Source: a virus
Length of the DNA stretch: 64,000 nucleotides
IMG/VR virus record: IMGVR_UViG_3300031787_009175
Span: 30,784 to 94,783 of that record
Direction: 5' to 3' (one strand)
Shown piece by piece: positions 42,816 to 53,100 of the stretch. Position 1 is the stretch's first letter, and every line of letters begins with the position of its first letter. Below the pieces are notes generated by a model. That model made no database searches, was not told the origin of the DNA, and worked only from the letters and a program-made list of their open reading frames with translations. A program made the position numbers and the translations under genes.

Positions 42816-43787
42816 ATGAAAAAAACTCTAATTACCGGCATCAACGGCCAAGACGGTTCATATTTGGCCGAATTTTTACTATCCAAAAATTACGAAGTTC
42901 ACGGAACACTAAAAAGGAATTCAGTCTCCGAAAATCAAACATCAAGATTAGAAGGTATATACGATAAAATCACTTTACATTATGCGGACCTATCAGACCT
43001 ATCTTCTTTAGTATCTGTAATACAAAAAGTGATGCCTAACGAAATATATAATTTAGCCGCACAATCTCACGTTAGAATTTCATTTGACCAACCAATATAC
43101 ACCGCAAATGTTACCGGAATAGGAACATTAAATTTATTAGAGGCGGTTAAATTAATTAAACCCGACACTAAAGTCTACCAAGCATCTTCATCAGAAATGT
43201 TTGGTAATTCAATAGATAGGGATGGATTACAAAGAGAAACAACCCAAATGAATCCAGTATCACCATACGGATGTGCTAAAGTTTTTTCATACCACATATG
43301 TAGAAACTACAGAAATTCATATGGTATGAAGATTTGGAACGGGATATTATTTAATCACGAATCCCCAAGAAGAGGAACCAATTTTGTAACTAATAAAGTT
43401 GTAAAAGAAGCGGTAAAAATTAAATTTGGTCTATCTAATGAATTAAAATTAGGAAATTTAGACGCAACTAGAGACTGGGGTCATGCAAAAGATTATGTCG
43501 AAGCAATGTGGTTAATGTTACAAGATGACACCCCTGATGATTATGTATGTGCGACAGGAATTTCTCACTCTGTAAGAGAATTATGTGACTATACTTTTTC
43601 TAAATTAGGGTTAGATTATAAGAAATATGTTAAACAAGACCAAAAACATTTCAGACCTGAAGAATTGAGTGATTTAAAAGGTGATTCATCGAAATTGAGA
43701 AATAAATTGGGGTGGAGCCCAAAATATACTTTTGAAGTAATGATTGATGAAATGATAGAATATTGGTTAAATTACTATGGGAAATAA
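42816..43787 (+). CDS. gmd: GDP-mannose 4,6-dehydratase
   Basis: ITGINGQDGSYLAE, NLAAQSHV, QASSSE, SPYGCAK, LFNHESPRRG, RDWGHA. Confidence 0.97.
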   Translation: MKKTLITGINGQDGSYLAEFLLSKNYEVHGTLKRNSVSENQTSRLEGIYDKITLHYADLSDLSSLVSVIQKVMPNEIYNLAAQSHVRISFDQPIYTANVTGIGTLNLLEAVKLIKPDTKVYQASSSEMFGNSIDRDGLQRETTQMNPVSPYGCAKVFSYHICRNYRNSYGMKIWNGILFNHESPRRGTNFVTNKVVKEAVKIKFGLSNELKLGNLDATRDWGHAKDYVEAMWLMLQDDTPDDYVCATGISHSVRELCDYTFSKLGLDYKKYVKQDQKHFRPEELSDLKGDSSKLRNKLGWSPKYTFEVMIDEMIEYWLNYYGK

Positions 43788-44691
43788 AACATTAGTAACA
43801 GGTGGGTACGGTTTAGTCGGTTCCGAATTTAATAGTTTAAATTATATACCACTATCGTCAAGTGAGGCAGACCTACGAGTTAGGTCTGAAGTCGATAATG
43901 TTTTAGAAAAAATTAATTTTGATAGTATTATACATTGTGCGGGAAAAGTAGGTGGAGTAGGTGGTAACATGTCATATAAAGGTGATTTTTTCTATGATAA
44001 TATAATGATTAATACAAATGTTATAGAGTCGGCAAGGACTCATGACATTAAAAATTTAGTGGCCTTTTTATCAACTTGCATTTTTCCTGACAAAGTGGAG
44101 TATCCCCTAACAGAAAAAAAAATTCATTTAGGACCCCCACATTTTTCTAACGATGCGTACGCATATGCAAAAAGAATGGCTGACATCCAAATAAGAGCGT
44201 ATAGAGAACAATACGGACTAAATTACAAATCAGTAATACCGACAAACATTTACGGACCTAACGATAATTATAATATCGAAAATGGTCATGTCATACCATC
44301 ATTAATCCATAAGTGTTACTTAGCCAGAGAAAATAAAACACCATTTACTATATGGGGAACAGGAAAACCCTTAAGAGAATTTATTTTCAGTAAAGATGTT
44401 GCAAAATTAACGGAATGGGTTTTGGAAAATTATGACGAACCAGAACCAATTATATTATCAACTTCAGAAGAAATCTCAATTAAAAATGTTGTTGATATAA
44501 TTGTTGAGTTAATGAACTTTAAAGGAAATATTATTTGGGATGAGTCAAAACCTGATGGTCAATTCAGAAAACCGAGTGATAACAGTAAAATAAAAAGTTA
44601 TCTACCTGACTTTGAATTCACCAATTTATATGATGGGTTAAAACAAACAATTGAATATTTTGAAAAAAATTATAGTATTATAAGAAAATGA
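43777..44691 (+). CDS. fcl: GDP-L-fucose synthase
   Basis: GGYGLVGS, AGKVGG, STCIFP, YAYAKR, PTNIYGP, HVIPSLI, WGTGKPLREF, KPDG. Confidence 0.95.
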   Translation: MGNKTLVTGGYGLVGSEFNSLNYIPLSSSEADLRVRSEVDNVLEKINFDSIIHCAGKVGGVGGNMSYKGDFFYDNIMINTNVIESARTHDIKNLVAFLSTCIFPDKVEYPLTEKKIHLGPPHFSNDAYAYAKRMADIQIRAYREQYGLNYKSVIPTNIYGPNDNYNIENGHVIPSLIHKCYLARENKTPFTIWGTGKPLREFIFSKDVAKLTEWVLENYDEPEPIILSTSEEISIKNVVDIIVELMNFKGNIIWDESKPDGQFRKPSDNSKIKSYLPDFEFTNLYDGLKQTIEYFEKNYSIIRK

Positions 44692-44692
44692 A

Positions 44693-45421
44693 ATGACACA
44701 AAGAAAAAAACAAAATACTCCGAAACCTGAACCTGTTGAAAGGAAAATGTCAAAAAAGGATTATATTAATTCTTTGGTGACAAAGAAAATCAGAAATAAA
44801 TTTCTTACCGAAAGTCAAAAAACTTATTATGACTTATTAACAAATAATCAAATAGTTTTATGTTCAGGTCCCGCAGGTGTCGGTAAAAGTTACATCTCCA
44901 TGAAAGCGGCGGTTGATTTACTTTTGGACCCTACCAATTCATATGAAAAATTAGTTATTGTTAGGCCAGCGGTTGAGGCGGAAGAAAAGTTGGGTTCATT
45001 ACCAGGAAACGTAGAAGAGAAATTGGACCCCTACATTTTCCCTTCTTATTATCTACTAAATAAAATTGTTGGTAAAGAGGCAAGAGAAAAACTTAAAGAG
45101 GCGGAAATCATCGAAGTATTTGCTTTGGCATATATGAGAGGTATGAATATCGATAACACAATTTTGATTTTTGAGGAAGCGCAAAACGCAACTCCAAATC
45201 AAATGAAATTATTATTGACAAGGATTGGTTATAACTCTAAATTTTTCATATCAGGGGATTTAGAGCAAACAGACAGATACAAAGATAAACGTCAATCAGG
45301 ATTGTGGGATGCGCTTCAACGATTCAAAAGTATTGACGATGTTGGAGTGTTTGAATTTTCAGATAAAGATGTTGTTAGAAATCCATTAATTAGTAAATTA
45401 CTAAAAAGATACGAAGAATGA
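44693..45421 (+). CDS. phoH: PhoH-family ATPase
   Basis: GPAGVGKS, RPAVE, LGSLPG, YMRG, EAQN, GDLEQ, VRNP. Confidence 0.95.
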   Translation: MTQRKKQNTPKPEPVERKMSKKDYINSLVTKKIRNKFLTESQKTYYDLLTNNQIVLCSGPAGVGKSYISMKAAVDLLLDPTNSYEKLVIVRPAVEAEEKLGSLPGNVEEKLDPYIFPSYYLLNKIVGKEAREKLKEAEIIEVFALAYMRGMNIDNTILIFEEAQNATPNQMKLLLTRIGYNSKFFISGDLEQTDRYKDKRQSGLWDALQRFKSIDDVGVFEFSDKDVVRNPLISKLLKRYEE

Positions 45422-46083
45422 GAATTGGTATTGAATTAAATGGTGTATTAAGAGACACTGTAGAAAAGTTTAAGCAAACATACGAAAGGTATTTGATTGA
45501 CGAGGAATTTGATGAGAAATTGAAGACGTATGAAGCTTTAGATGATAAAGAAGAATATAAAGAAATTTTATCTAAACACGAATTACCTTTCAAATATGAA
45601 ATTTTATCTGAGGTTGATTCAATGGATTTATCAAAACATTTTGCCTTCAAAGATAATGATGAGTTATACAATTTTATGTATCACGAATTTCCAATGCAGA
45701 TTTTTGGTCACGCACCATCAACTGAGATGACATCATTTAACGATTTAAATGATTTATACATCAAACTCCGAGACGAACACGATTTGTTGATTGTTTCAGA
45801 TGAAATTGGTAAATCTAAACCAGCATCACTATTTTTCATTTCAAAATTCGGTTGTTTATTAGAAAAAGTAAAATTTTATTCTAATCAAACAATAAAATCG
45901 ATGTGGGATGAAGTAGACATTTTACTTACGGCAAATCCTGACTTATTATTGAATCACCCACAAAATAAACTTGTGGTTAAATACGAAACAAACTACAATA
46001 AACAAATCCCTTCACCATACGTTATTTCTTCATTAAAAGACTTTGACAATGTGTTGGAAAATATCTTAAAGGAGGTTGCCTAA
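45418..46083 (+). CDS. 5'(3')-deoxyribonucleotidase-like HAD-fold protein with degenerate catalytic motif
   Basis: MRIGIELNGVLRD in place of the usual IGIDxDGVL. Confidence 0.55.
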   Translation: MRIGIELNGVLRDTVEKFKQTYERYLIDEEFDEKLKTYEALDDKEEYKEILSKHELPFKYEILSEVDSMDLSKHFAFKDNDELYNFMYHEFPMQIFGHAPSTEMTSFNDLNDLYIKLRDEHDLLIVSDEIGKSKPASLFFISKFGCLLEKVKFYSNQTIKSMWDEVDILLTANPDLLLNHPQNKLVVKYETNYNKQIPSPYVISSLKDFDNVLENILKEVA

Positions 46084-46346
46084 TGTTTAAAATTTTTAAT
46101 GACAATTATTACATCGATGTTGATGAAATCGAAAAATACATTAACATTCCATCAATATCAGGAGGAAGTGAAGTTCACATAAATGTTGTGAAGTATGAGG
46201 TCGTAAAAATGATGATGGAGGTTTTAATGACCGAGGATGAGGAAATGGACGAATCTCTCGGACTGAAAGGTGGAAACGGCACCACAATACCATTCAAACT
46301 AGCATTTAATTCCTTATTGAATAAAAAACTAATAAACAAATACTAA
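46083..46346 (+). CDS. Hypothetical protein
   Basis: 87-aa ORF, coupled to both neighbours. Confidence 0.7.
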   Translation: MFKIFNDNYYIDVDEIEKYINIPSISGGSEVHINVVKYEVVKMMMEVLMTEDEEMDESLGLKGGNGTTIPFKLAFNSLLNKKLINKY

Positions 46347-46347
46347 T

Positions 46348-47424
46348 ATGAATCCTGAATTAATTCAAAAATTAGAAAAATCTATCTCAAACTTAAAAGA
46401 TAAAAGTTCGAGAATTTATTTTATGGTTCAAGATACAAAAGGTAACGCTAAAGGTTCCGTATCTTACATCTACAAAATGGCCCTTACATTAAAAAGGGCG
46501 GGTTATAACTCCATTATCCTTCACGAAAAACCTGACTATATGGGAGTAACTTCTTGGTTAGGTGAAGAATATATGACTGAATTACCTCATAAATCAATCG
46601 AAGGACAGAACTTAGATGTTGCTCCTGATGATTTCATAATTGTTCCAGAGTTATATGGTTTTGTTATGCCACAACTCAATAATCTACCTTGTTCAAAGAT
46701 AGTATTATGTCAATCGTATGACTATATGTTTGAAACATTACAACCTGGTCAAACTTGGGCTCAGTTTGGATTTAACAAATGTATAACAACTTCTGAGTTA
46801 CAAAAAGAATACATATCAAATGTTATGAAAAATGTTACTTTTGATATTGTAGAACCATTGATTTCAGAGGTATTCAAAAAACAAATTTTACCACCAAAAC
46901 CAATTATTGCGGTTCACACAAGAGACCAAAGAGAAACTTTAAACTTAATCAAAACCTTTTACATTAAATTCCCTCAGTATCGTTGGGTAACTTTCAGAGA
47001 TATGAGAGGATTATCTGAAAGTGAATTTGCCAAAGGTTTTAATGACGTGTTTTTGTCAGTTTGGATTGACGATATTAGTGGCTTCGGGACCTTCCCAATA
47101 GAATCTATGAAATCAGGTGTTCCTGTAATAGGTAAAATTCCAAATTTATTTCCGCAGTGGATGAATGAAGATAACGGAATTTGGATTCAGAATCAGAACC
47201 AAATTGTAGATTTTGTTGCTGATTTCATTCAAAATTGGTTGGAGGATAATATCAATACTACAATTTATGAAGGAATTGAGAAAACCGCTAACGAATACTC
47301 ATCCAAAGAAAAATATGAAAATAAAGTTGTAAGATTATTTGATTCTTATTTTTCTACTAGAATGATATCATTTATGGAACAATTAAATAAACTTGAAACA
47401 CCAGTAACAGAAGATGGAAAATAA
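46348..47424 (+). CDS. GT-B (GT4-like) glycosyltransferase
   Basis: DFIIVPE; SGFGTFPIESMKSGVPVIG. Confidence 0.7.
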   Translation: MNPELIQKLEKSISNLKDKSSRIYFMVQDTKGNAKGSVSYIYKMALTLKRAGYNSIILHEKPDYMGVTSWLGEEYMTELPHKSIEGQNLDVAPDDFIIVPELYGFVMPQLNNLPCSKIVLCQSYDYMFETLQPGQTWAQFGFNKCITTSELQKEYISNVMKNVTFDIVEPLISEVFKKQILPPKPIIAVHTRDQRETLNLIKTFYIKFPQYRWVTFRDMRGLSESEFAKGFNDVFLSVWIDDISGFGTFPIESMKSGVPVIGKIPNLFPQWMNEDNGIWIQNQNQIVDFVADFIQNWLEDNINTTIYEGIEKTANEYSSKEKYENKVVRLFDSYFSTRMISFMEQLNKLETPVTEDGK

Positions 47425-48220
47425 ATTAGATATTTCAGTAATTTTACCTATCAAAAGTGCAACCGCACGAGATTTTGATGATTTTTTCGATAAAGCAATC
47501 AATTCTATTAAAACACAAAAAGTTGCAATAAATGAATTGGTTATTGTCCATACCGATGAAGAAAAACTAATTGATATATTAAACTCCTACGATTTCGGTG
47601 ATATTAATGTGGTTAAATTAAAGTGGTTGAAAGAACCAAATTATTCGAAACAATTGAATTACGGTGTGGAAAACGCTAATTCAACTTGGGTTTCATTTTT
47701 CGAATTCGATGACGAATACTCATCAATTTGGTTCAAAAATGTTGAGAACTATATCACACATTATAATGATGTCGACGCTTTTTTACCAATTGTAATTGAT
47801 ATCGATAATAAAGGGGTTTTTGCAGGATTTACAAATGAAGCCACTTTTGCTGCTAACTTTACCCCTGAAATTGGTATACTAACGAACGAAACTTTGCAAA
47901 ACTACCAAAATTTTCAAACCTCTGGTATGGTTATCAAAAAAAGTGTTTTTGAGAAATATGGGAAAATGAAATCCACTTTGAAATTAACATTTGTTTATGA
48001 ATTCTTGTTGAGAATGACTTATAATTCAGTAAGAATAATGACAATCCCTAAAATTGGATACAAACATATCAACTTAAGGGAAGGTTCAATTTTTTGGAAT
48101 TATAAAAATGGTCAGGAACCATTGACACAAGAAGAAGTAAAATTTTGGATTGACACTGCGAAAAAAGAGTATTTCTTTTTCGATGATAGAACAATAAAAT
48201 ACGAACCCCAAATGGTTTAA
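47414..48220 (+). CDS. GT2 glycosyltransferase
   Basis: ISVILP, LNYG, FFEFDDEY, FLLR. Confidence 0.8.
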   Translation: MENKLDISVILPIKSATARDFDDFFDKAINSIKTQKVAINELVIVHTDEEKLIDILNSYDFGDINVVKLKWLKEPNYSKQLNYGVENANSTWVSFFEFDDEYSSIWFKNVENYITHYNDVDAFLPIVIDIDNKGVFAGFTNEATFAANFTPEIGILTNETLQNYQNFQTSGMVIKKSVFEKYGKMKSTLKLTFVYEFLLRMTYNSVRIMTIPKIGYKHINLREGSIFWNYKNGQEPLTQEEVKFWIDTAKKEYFFFDDRTIKYEPQMV

Positions 48221-48963
48221 TGAGTTTAACAGGTTTTACGGAAAACGATTTAAAAAAGAAGGGACGTAAACCGAAAAGTGATAATTATTTTGACCAAGAA
48301 GAAGAACTGGCTGTGAGATTATATCTCTCAGCCACGACTTTTGAAGAAAAAAACAAAATATATAACAAAGCTCTTCGTAAACCCTTAGATAAAATGATAT
48401 CGTCTATCATTAGACGATATAAATTATATCGTAAAGATATGGATTTTGTTGAAATTCATGCTGATACACATTCTTTTTTGATGACTAAGTTGGATAAGTT
48501 CAAACCATCAAAAGAGAAAAAAGCATATTCCTATTTCGGTACGATTTGCAAGAATTATTTGATGGGTCAAATAATCAAGGACCAAAAAGAAACGAATAGG
48601 AAGATATCATATGAGGATATTTCTTCTGACTTGGAAAATGAACATAGAGCCGATTTGATATATTATATTGATGAAGATGTTATTGACACTGACAATTTGA
48701 TAGAAAGTTATATTTTCGAATTAGAAAAGATAGTTGACGAGCCAAGTTTATCGGAAAATGAACGGAGATTGGGCCTATCTCTTATAGAGATATTTGCAAA
48801 CTATAATGACATATTTCAATCAACAGATAACAACAAATTTAATAAAAATGTGATTTTACTATCATTGAGAGAGATGACAAATTTATCAACAAAAGAAATA
48901 CGGGTCTCAATGAAAAAGTTCAAAAGGTTATACGTAACAATGTTACAGGGTATTATAAAATAA
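48220..48963 (+). CDS. Putative phage sigma factor (gp55-like late sigma)
   Basis: NYF at the N-terminus and KFKP...AYSYFGTICKNYL resemble sigma region 2 of T4-like late sigma factors. Confidence 0.55.
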   Translation: MSLTGFTENDLKKKGRKPKSDNYFDQEEELAVRLYLSATTFEEKNKIYNKALRKPLDKMISSIIRRYKLYRKDMDFVEIHADTHSFLMTKLDKFKPSKEKKAYSYFGTICKNYLMGQIIKDQKETNRKISYEDISSDLENEHRADLIYYIDEDVIDTDNLIESYIFELEKIVDEPSLSENERRLGLSLIEIFANYNDIFQSTDNNKFNKNVILLSLREMTNLSTKEIRVSMKKFKRLYVTMLQGIIK

Positions 48964-48979
48964 ATTTTGTAATAAAAGA

Positions 48980-48986
48980 TATTTAT
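48980..48986 (+). promoter_or_regulatory. Putative late promoter TATTTAT
   Basis: 4 nt before the ATG at 48991. Confidence 0.55.
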
Positions 48987-48990
48987 AGTT

Positions 48991-49353
48991 ATGTCTAGAC
49001 CACAAAAAAAGAAAATCGAACTAAGCAAAGAATCGTTGTTGTCTTTAATGCAAGAGATATATAACGAATTGGTAGAACAAAGAAGCACTGCTTTAAGGAT
49101 ACAAAATAAAATGCTTTCTATGATGAAAGACCCTGAAGACATGACTTTGATTGGACCTGTGATAGAAAAACAACAAAAAATAATAAATGATTGTGTTGAG
49201 AAAAAATTGCAATTGTCCAAATTACAATCTTCAATGTGGGAAAAAACTCAAAACAATCAGGAAAGTTTTTCTATATCTGATATGGATGATGATTTGATTG
49301 AAGATTTAATCAAAAAGGATGTGGATAATAATAAAACTTTCAAACTTAAGTAA
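48991..49353 (+). CDS. Hypothetical coiled-coil protein
   Basis: 120-aa helical ORF. Confidence 0.7.
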   Translation: MSRPQKKKIELSKESLLSLMQEIYNELVEQRSTALRIQNKMLSMMKDPEDMTLIGPVIEKQQKIINDCVEKKLQLSKLQSSMWEKTQNNQESFSISDMDDDLIEDLIKKDVDNNKTFKLK

Positions 49354-51251
49354 TGCCTGAAAGTGGTTATGGTGATGTTACCAAAAGGGTTCAAGCCTTA
49401 CAAACCGCATCAAAATCTATTGCGGATGGAAAAAACCTTGAAAAAAAGGTAGGTGAGACCTTTGAAGGTGCTGCCAGTAGTGCTCAACAATCATTAAATA
49501 ACGTCGCAAGTCAGGGAATAAAATCCTTAACCGGTTCGAAATCTCAAATGGAAAATCTCTTGGACCTTTCACAGGTTACAAGTAGTTATTCAAGTGCAAG
49601 ATACCTTAAAAAAAAGTTTGTAAAAGCTTTACTAACCTCAAGACCTAGGATTGAACAAATATTTCTTAATGAGGCATTAAATGCCATAGGCTGTTCACAA
49701 GAACAGGAATACGATGATACATCTACTCTATATATCAAAGTAAGAAGTGTTGACTTATTTGGTATGTTAAAAAAGGACCCTGCTTCAAAAGTGGGTCAAA
49801 TACTCTATGAAATCAAAGATGTTTCATATGGTAATATTCCCTTCTCAATGAATAGAGAATTACATAATAGAATCATCAACGAAAATGTATTCTATAGTAG
49901 TGTTGCCAACTCAAAATATAAGGGATTTTCAGGTCAAGACTTATTCGATATACGATATGTTGAAGTCAATCCAATTACTGGTGATGATTCTGGGTGGTTC
50001 GAAATATCTCTGTCAAGTAGAATAAATAATAGTAAAAAAATAATCACATTCCTAAGAGATTACTTCAAGAGTATAAGTCTTCTTGAGATTAAATCTATTT
50101 TTGGACAACTTATGGAGGTAATTGCTGGTATTTTGTCTATGGGTGAATCAGTGGGTCTCAAACAGGTTGAGGATGCATCTAGATTCCAACTTTTACTTGC
50201 GAGAATTTTGGGAGTGTGTTTCGATTCGAGAAAGGAAATAGATGTTCAAGGGACCTCAAAAATTGGTGAAATCGATTTATTGGATGAATCATTTTTCGAA
50301 TTGACGGAATTCGATTTGAGAAATATTAATAATAGAGTTAATAATATATTTTCAAGAGTGTTAGAATTCGAGGATTGTGGTAATGTTCAAATACCTGTAA
50401 ATTTCGAATCTACTTTATCAGCTTTGCAAAATCTCACATTTGTTGAGGGTGAAGAACAGGTTAACAATATTATAAATTTGACAGGTGAAATATTGGTGAA
50501 TGATAATACAGTAAGAGGGTTGGGTATTAATTTTGATTTTATCAAAAGTTTAGATTTGAAATTTCTATTGAGATTACCTCTAGCCACTTTTTACGTTTTG
50601 TTAAGTCCAAAAACATTATTACCAATAATGATTATGATAAAACAACTTGGTAAAATAGAAGTTGATGTAATAGATTCACTACAAAATTTTTTCAAACAAT
50701 TCAAAAAGTTCATAATTGAAACCGTATCACAAATCTCGGCAATCTTCATAGAAGAGTTATTCAAAATAATTAAAAGAGATGTTGTCAACCTTATTCAGAG
50801 TGTTGTCAATGATTTGGAAAAAGAAAAAGCCGACAAAAGAATTATTATGGTTCTCAAATTGATTCAGGTTATAATTGTATTGGCCAAACTCATAAGTGAT
50901 TTTAGAAGGTGTAAAAGTATTATTGACGAGTTATTACAATTATTACAAATTGCATTACCATCGAACACAAATTTATCACCAAGTTTAGTTTTCGGGTCTC
51001 AGTTTTTACCCGGCACATCCCCAACAAGAGCATTTGTGAATACAATACAAGAAATGCAGAAAAAAGGTTTACCGACAGGTTCACTACCAAGCGGTGCTCC
51101 TAACCTATTTGTTCAAAGCTTATTTTCTCAAATTAAAGGAAGTATGACAGAACAATTTGAAAATGGTAAAACTCAGATAAGTATACCCCCATTAGCAATA
51201 ACTCCAGCCGGCGTAACAACACCATCAAGTGCGTTCGGCAAATCTTTTTAA
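49353..51251 (+). CDS. Hypothetical, probably virion/baseplate-associated protein
   Basis: 632-aa ORF in a late operon upstream of the spike-like gene. Confidence 0.65.
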   Translation: MPESGYGDVTKRVQALQTASKSIADGKNLEKKVGETFEGAASSAQQSLNNVASQGIKSLTGSKSQMENLLDLSQVTSSYSSARYLKKKFVKALLTSRPRIEQIFLNEALNAIGCSQEQEYDDTSTLYIKVRSVDLFGMLKKDPASKVGQILYEIKDVSYGNIPFSMNRELHNRIINENVFYSSVANSKYKGFSGQDLFDIRYVEVNPITGDDSGWFEISLSSRINNSKKIITFLRDYFKSISLLEIKSIFGQLMEVIAGILSMGESVGLKQVEDASRFQLLLARILGVCFDSRKEIDVQGTSKIGEIDLLDESFFELTEFDLRNINNRVNNIFSRVLEFEDCGNVQIPVNFESTLSALQNLTFVEGEEQVNNIINLTGEILVNDNTVRGLGINFDFIKSLDLKFLLRLPLATFYVLLSPKTLLPIMIMIKQLGKIEVDVIDSLQNFFKQFKKFIIETVSQISAIFIEELFKIIKRDVVNLIQSVVNDLEKEKADKRIIMVLKLIQVIIVLAKLISDFRRCKSIIDELLQLLQIALPSNTNLSPSLVFGSQFLPGTSPTRAFVNTIQEMQKKGLPTGSLPSGAPNLFVQSLFSQIKGSMTEQFENGKTQISIPPLAITPAGVTTPSSAFGKSF

Positions 51252-51252
51252 T

Positions 51253-51474
51253 ATGAATGAACAAGATTTCACAAAAGCAAAAGATATAATAGCAAATTAT
51301 AAAAACAAATCAAACAACGATTTGACATTTGCTATGGACATTATCCAAAAAGATTTCGATTTTACAAAGGAAACTTTGATAAAAATGTCGGAACATTTGG
51401 ATAAATTAGAAAAGTCATATGAAGTTTTATTAACAGAATATCAGTCAAGAAAAAATGGCATCAAAAATAGATAG
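51253..51474 (+). CDS. Hypothetical protein
   Basis: 73-aa ORF from the ATG at 51253. Confidence 0.6.
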   Translation: MNEQDFTKAKDIIANYKNKSNNDLTFAMDIIQKDFDFTKETLIKMSEHLDKLEKSYEVLLTEYQSRKNGIKNR

Positions 51475-53062
51475 GATATTATTCACAGCCGTCGTTATAG
51501 ACAATAAGGACCCATATATGTTGGGAAGAGTTAGAGCAATACCTGAACAAGAATTTTATTTAGACATCTTAAAAAGTATAAATGGAGATTGTGCAATTTT
51601 TGATAACCAAAAGAATATAATAGGTATCAAAAAGGAGTGTCAGTGGGAAATGTTAGACCCATTTGTTTATTTACCTCTATTACCATTTCATATCAACGTT
51701 GTTCCAATGGAGAGTGAAATTATCAATATTATAACCCCTGTGGTTCAAAATGCGTCAAATCCGTATAGAACACAGGCAGCCAATAATCAATATTATTTAC
51801 AAGGGTCTTATTCATCCCCTATGGCTTCCCCAAAAGAAACATATCCAAATGCTAAAGCATTTACATCTCAAGGAGATTTAGTGAAAAAACATTATAGGTT
51901 GAGAAATAAAGATAAGTTAGGGACCTATACAGATGTTCGCTCCAAAGGTATATTTCCTGAACCAGGAGACAATTACATATTGGGTAGAGGAAACTCTGAT
52001 ATTATCGTAAAGGCAAATGAGGTTTTGTTAAGGTCAGGAAAAACAAGATTATTAAACCCTAAACAACCACCTTTACCAAATGACAATAGAGGATTTTTAC
52101 AACTTTCAACTTTTGAACAAACAAGGTCAGGTCTGATAAAAAATACAGAAGAGGTGTTGATTAAATTCATACGTAAAACAAAAAATGTATTGAAGTTGGT
52201 TGAATGGCATATAGAAAATTTGGAGAATACTCAAGATTTGTTTTCTGGTTATGTATATCTATATAATGTCAAACCTGATGGAAATAAAACAAACACCAAC
52301 AATTTTAGTTTAAGTACGGAAGTTACACCTAGCACACAATTACCTGGTAGTGTTAGGTTTAGTAATCTGTCTTTCGGTGAAGCGGTTAATGTTATAAACT
52401 CATTCATCAGGGGACTTAATGACGGATATATACCATTTTTTCCAAAACACGGTAACGTAGGAACCGCAGTCCCTAACGCATTTCCTTTTTATTTCAGACC
52501 ATCATCAAGAACATACGGTAAAATTCAAAACTACGCATCAAATACAAGTCCTGATAAAAACACAGAATTTAGTAATGCAACAAGATTTATGAATGCTGTG
52601 AAACTTAAAGATACTGACAAACAATCAGGAAATGGTTTAGTTTCGTCAAGAGGTTATTTAGGTCCATTTGTCGTTCCAAAAATCGAAGAGTTATTTGATT
52701 CAACAGTGGATAATCAATCTATAAGTTATGGTATTTTAGGTAGTGAAAAGCTCTTCTTATTATCACAGGATTCTAATAATCCAAGAAGAGGAAAAATAGA
52801 TTTTTCAAATACCATATATGGATTCAATGATAATGATATTGTTGACAAAGACCTACTTAATAAAACATCTTCATCAGTTAGGGGTGAAGAATTATTAGAA
52901 CTTTTGAATCAGATAGTGATATTTTTGTTGGGTCATGTTCACCCCCACGATGGACTACCCCCTGATTCAGTATCTCAAGATGGTTTAGGGTCCCAATCTA
53001 TTATTGAGAAAATGAACAAGGCGTATACCGAAGTTTTGAATAACAATATTAGAATTAACTAA
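51455..53062 (+). CDS. Baseplate hub/central spike protein (gp5/VgrG-like OB fold)
   Basis: N-terminal VIDNKDPYMLGRVRA; C-terminal VRGEEL...HVHP (HxH spike tip). Confidence 0.65.
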   Translation: MASKIDRILFTAVVIDNKDPYMLGRVRAIPEQEFYLDILKSINGDCAIFDNQKNIIGIKKECQWEMLDPFVYLPLLPFHINVVPMESEIINIITPVVQNASNPYRTQAANNQYYLQGSYSSPMASPKETYPNAKAFTSQGDLVKKHYRLRNKDKLGTYTDVRSKGIFPEPGDNYILGRGNSDIIVKANEVLLRSGKTRLLNPKQPPLPNDNRGFLQLSTFEQTRSGLIKNTEEVLIKFIRKTKNVLKLVEWHIENLENTQDLFSGYVYLYNVKPDGNKTNTNNFSLSTEVTPSTQLPGSVRFSNLSFGEAVNVINSFIRGLNDGYIPFFPKHGNVGTAVPNAFPFYFRPSSRTYGKIQNYASNTSPDKNTEFSNATRFMNAVKLKDTDKQSGNGLVSSRGYLGPFVVPKIEELFDSTVDNQSISYGILGSEKLFLLSQDSNNPRRGKIDFSNTIYGFNDNDIVDKDLLNKTSSSVRGEELLELLNQIVIFLLGHVHPHDGLPPDSVSQDGLGSQSIIEKMNKAYTEVLNNNIRIN

Positions 53063-53080
53063 CAATATTGATTTTTGAAA

Positions 53081-53087
53081 TATTTAT
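53081..53087 (+). promoter_or_regulatory. Putative late promoter TATTTAT
   Basis: 13 nt before the ATG at 53101. Confidence 0.55.
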
Positions 53088-53100
53088 TGAATAAATTACT

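Noticed and set aside
30233-48220. Bacterial O-antigen/capsule locus, i.e. a host chromosome
   Set aside because: Interleaved with phage genes (dut, exonuclease, phoH, sigma-like), contiguous with T4-like head genes, and lacks Wzx/Wzy/ABC export genes
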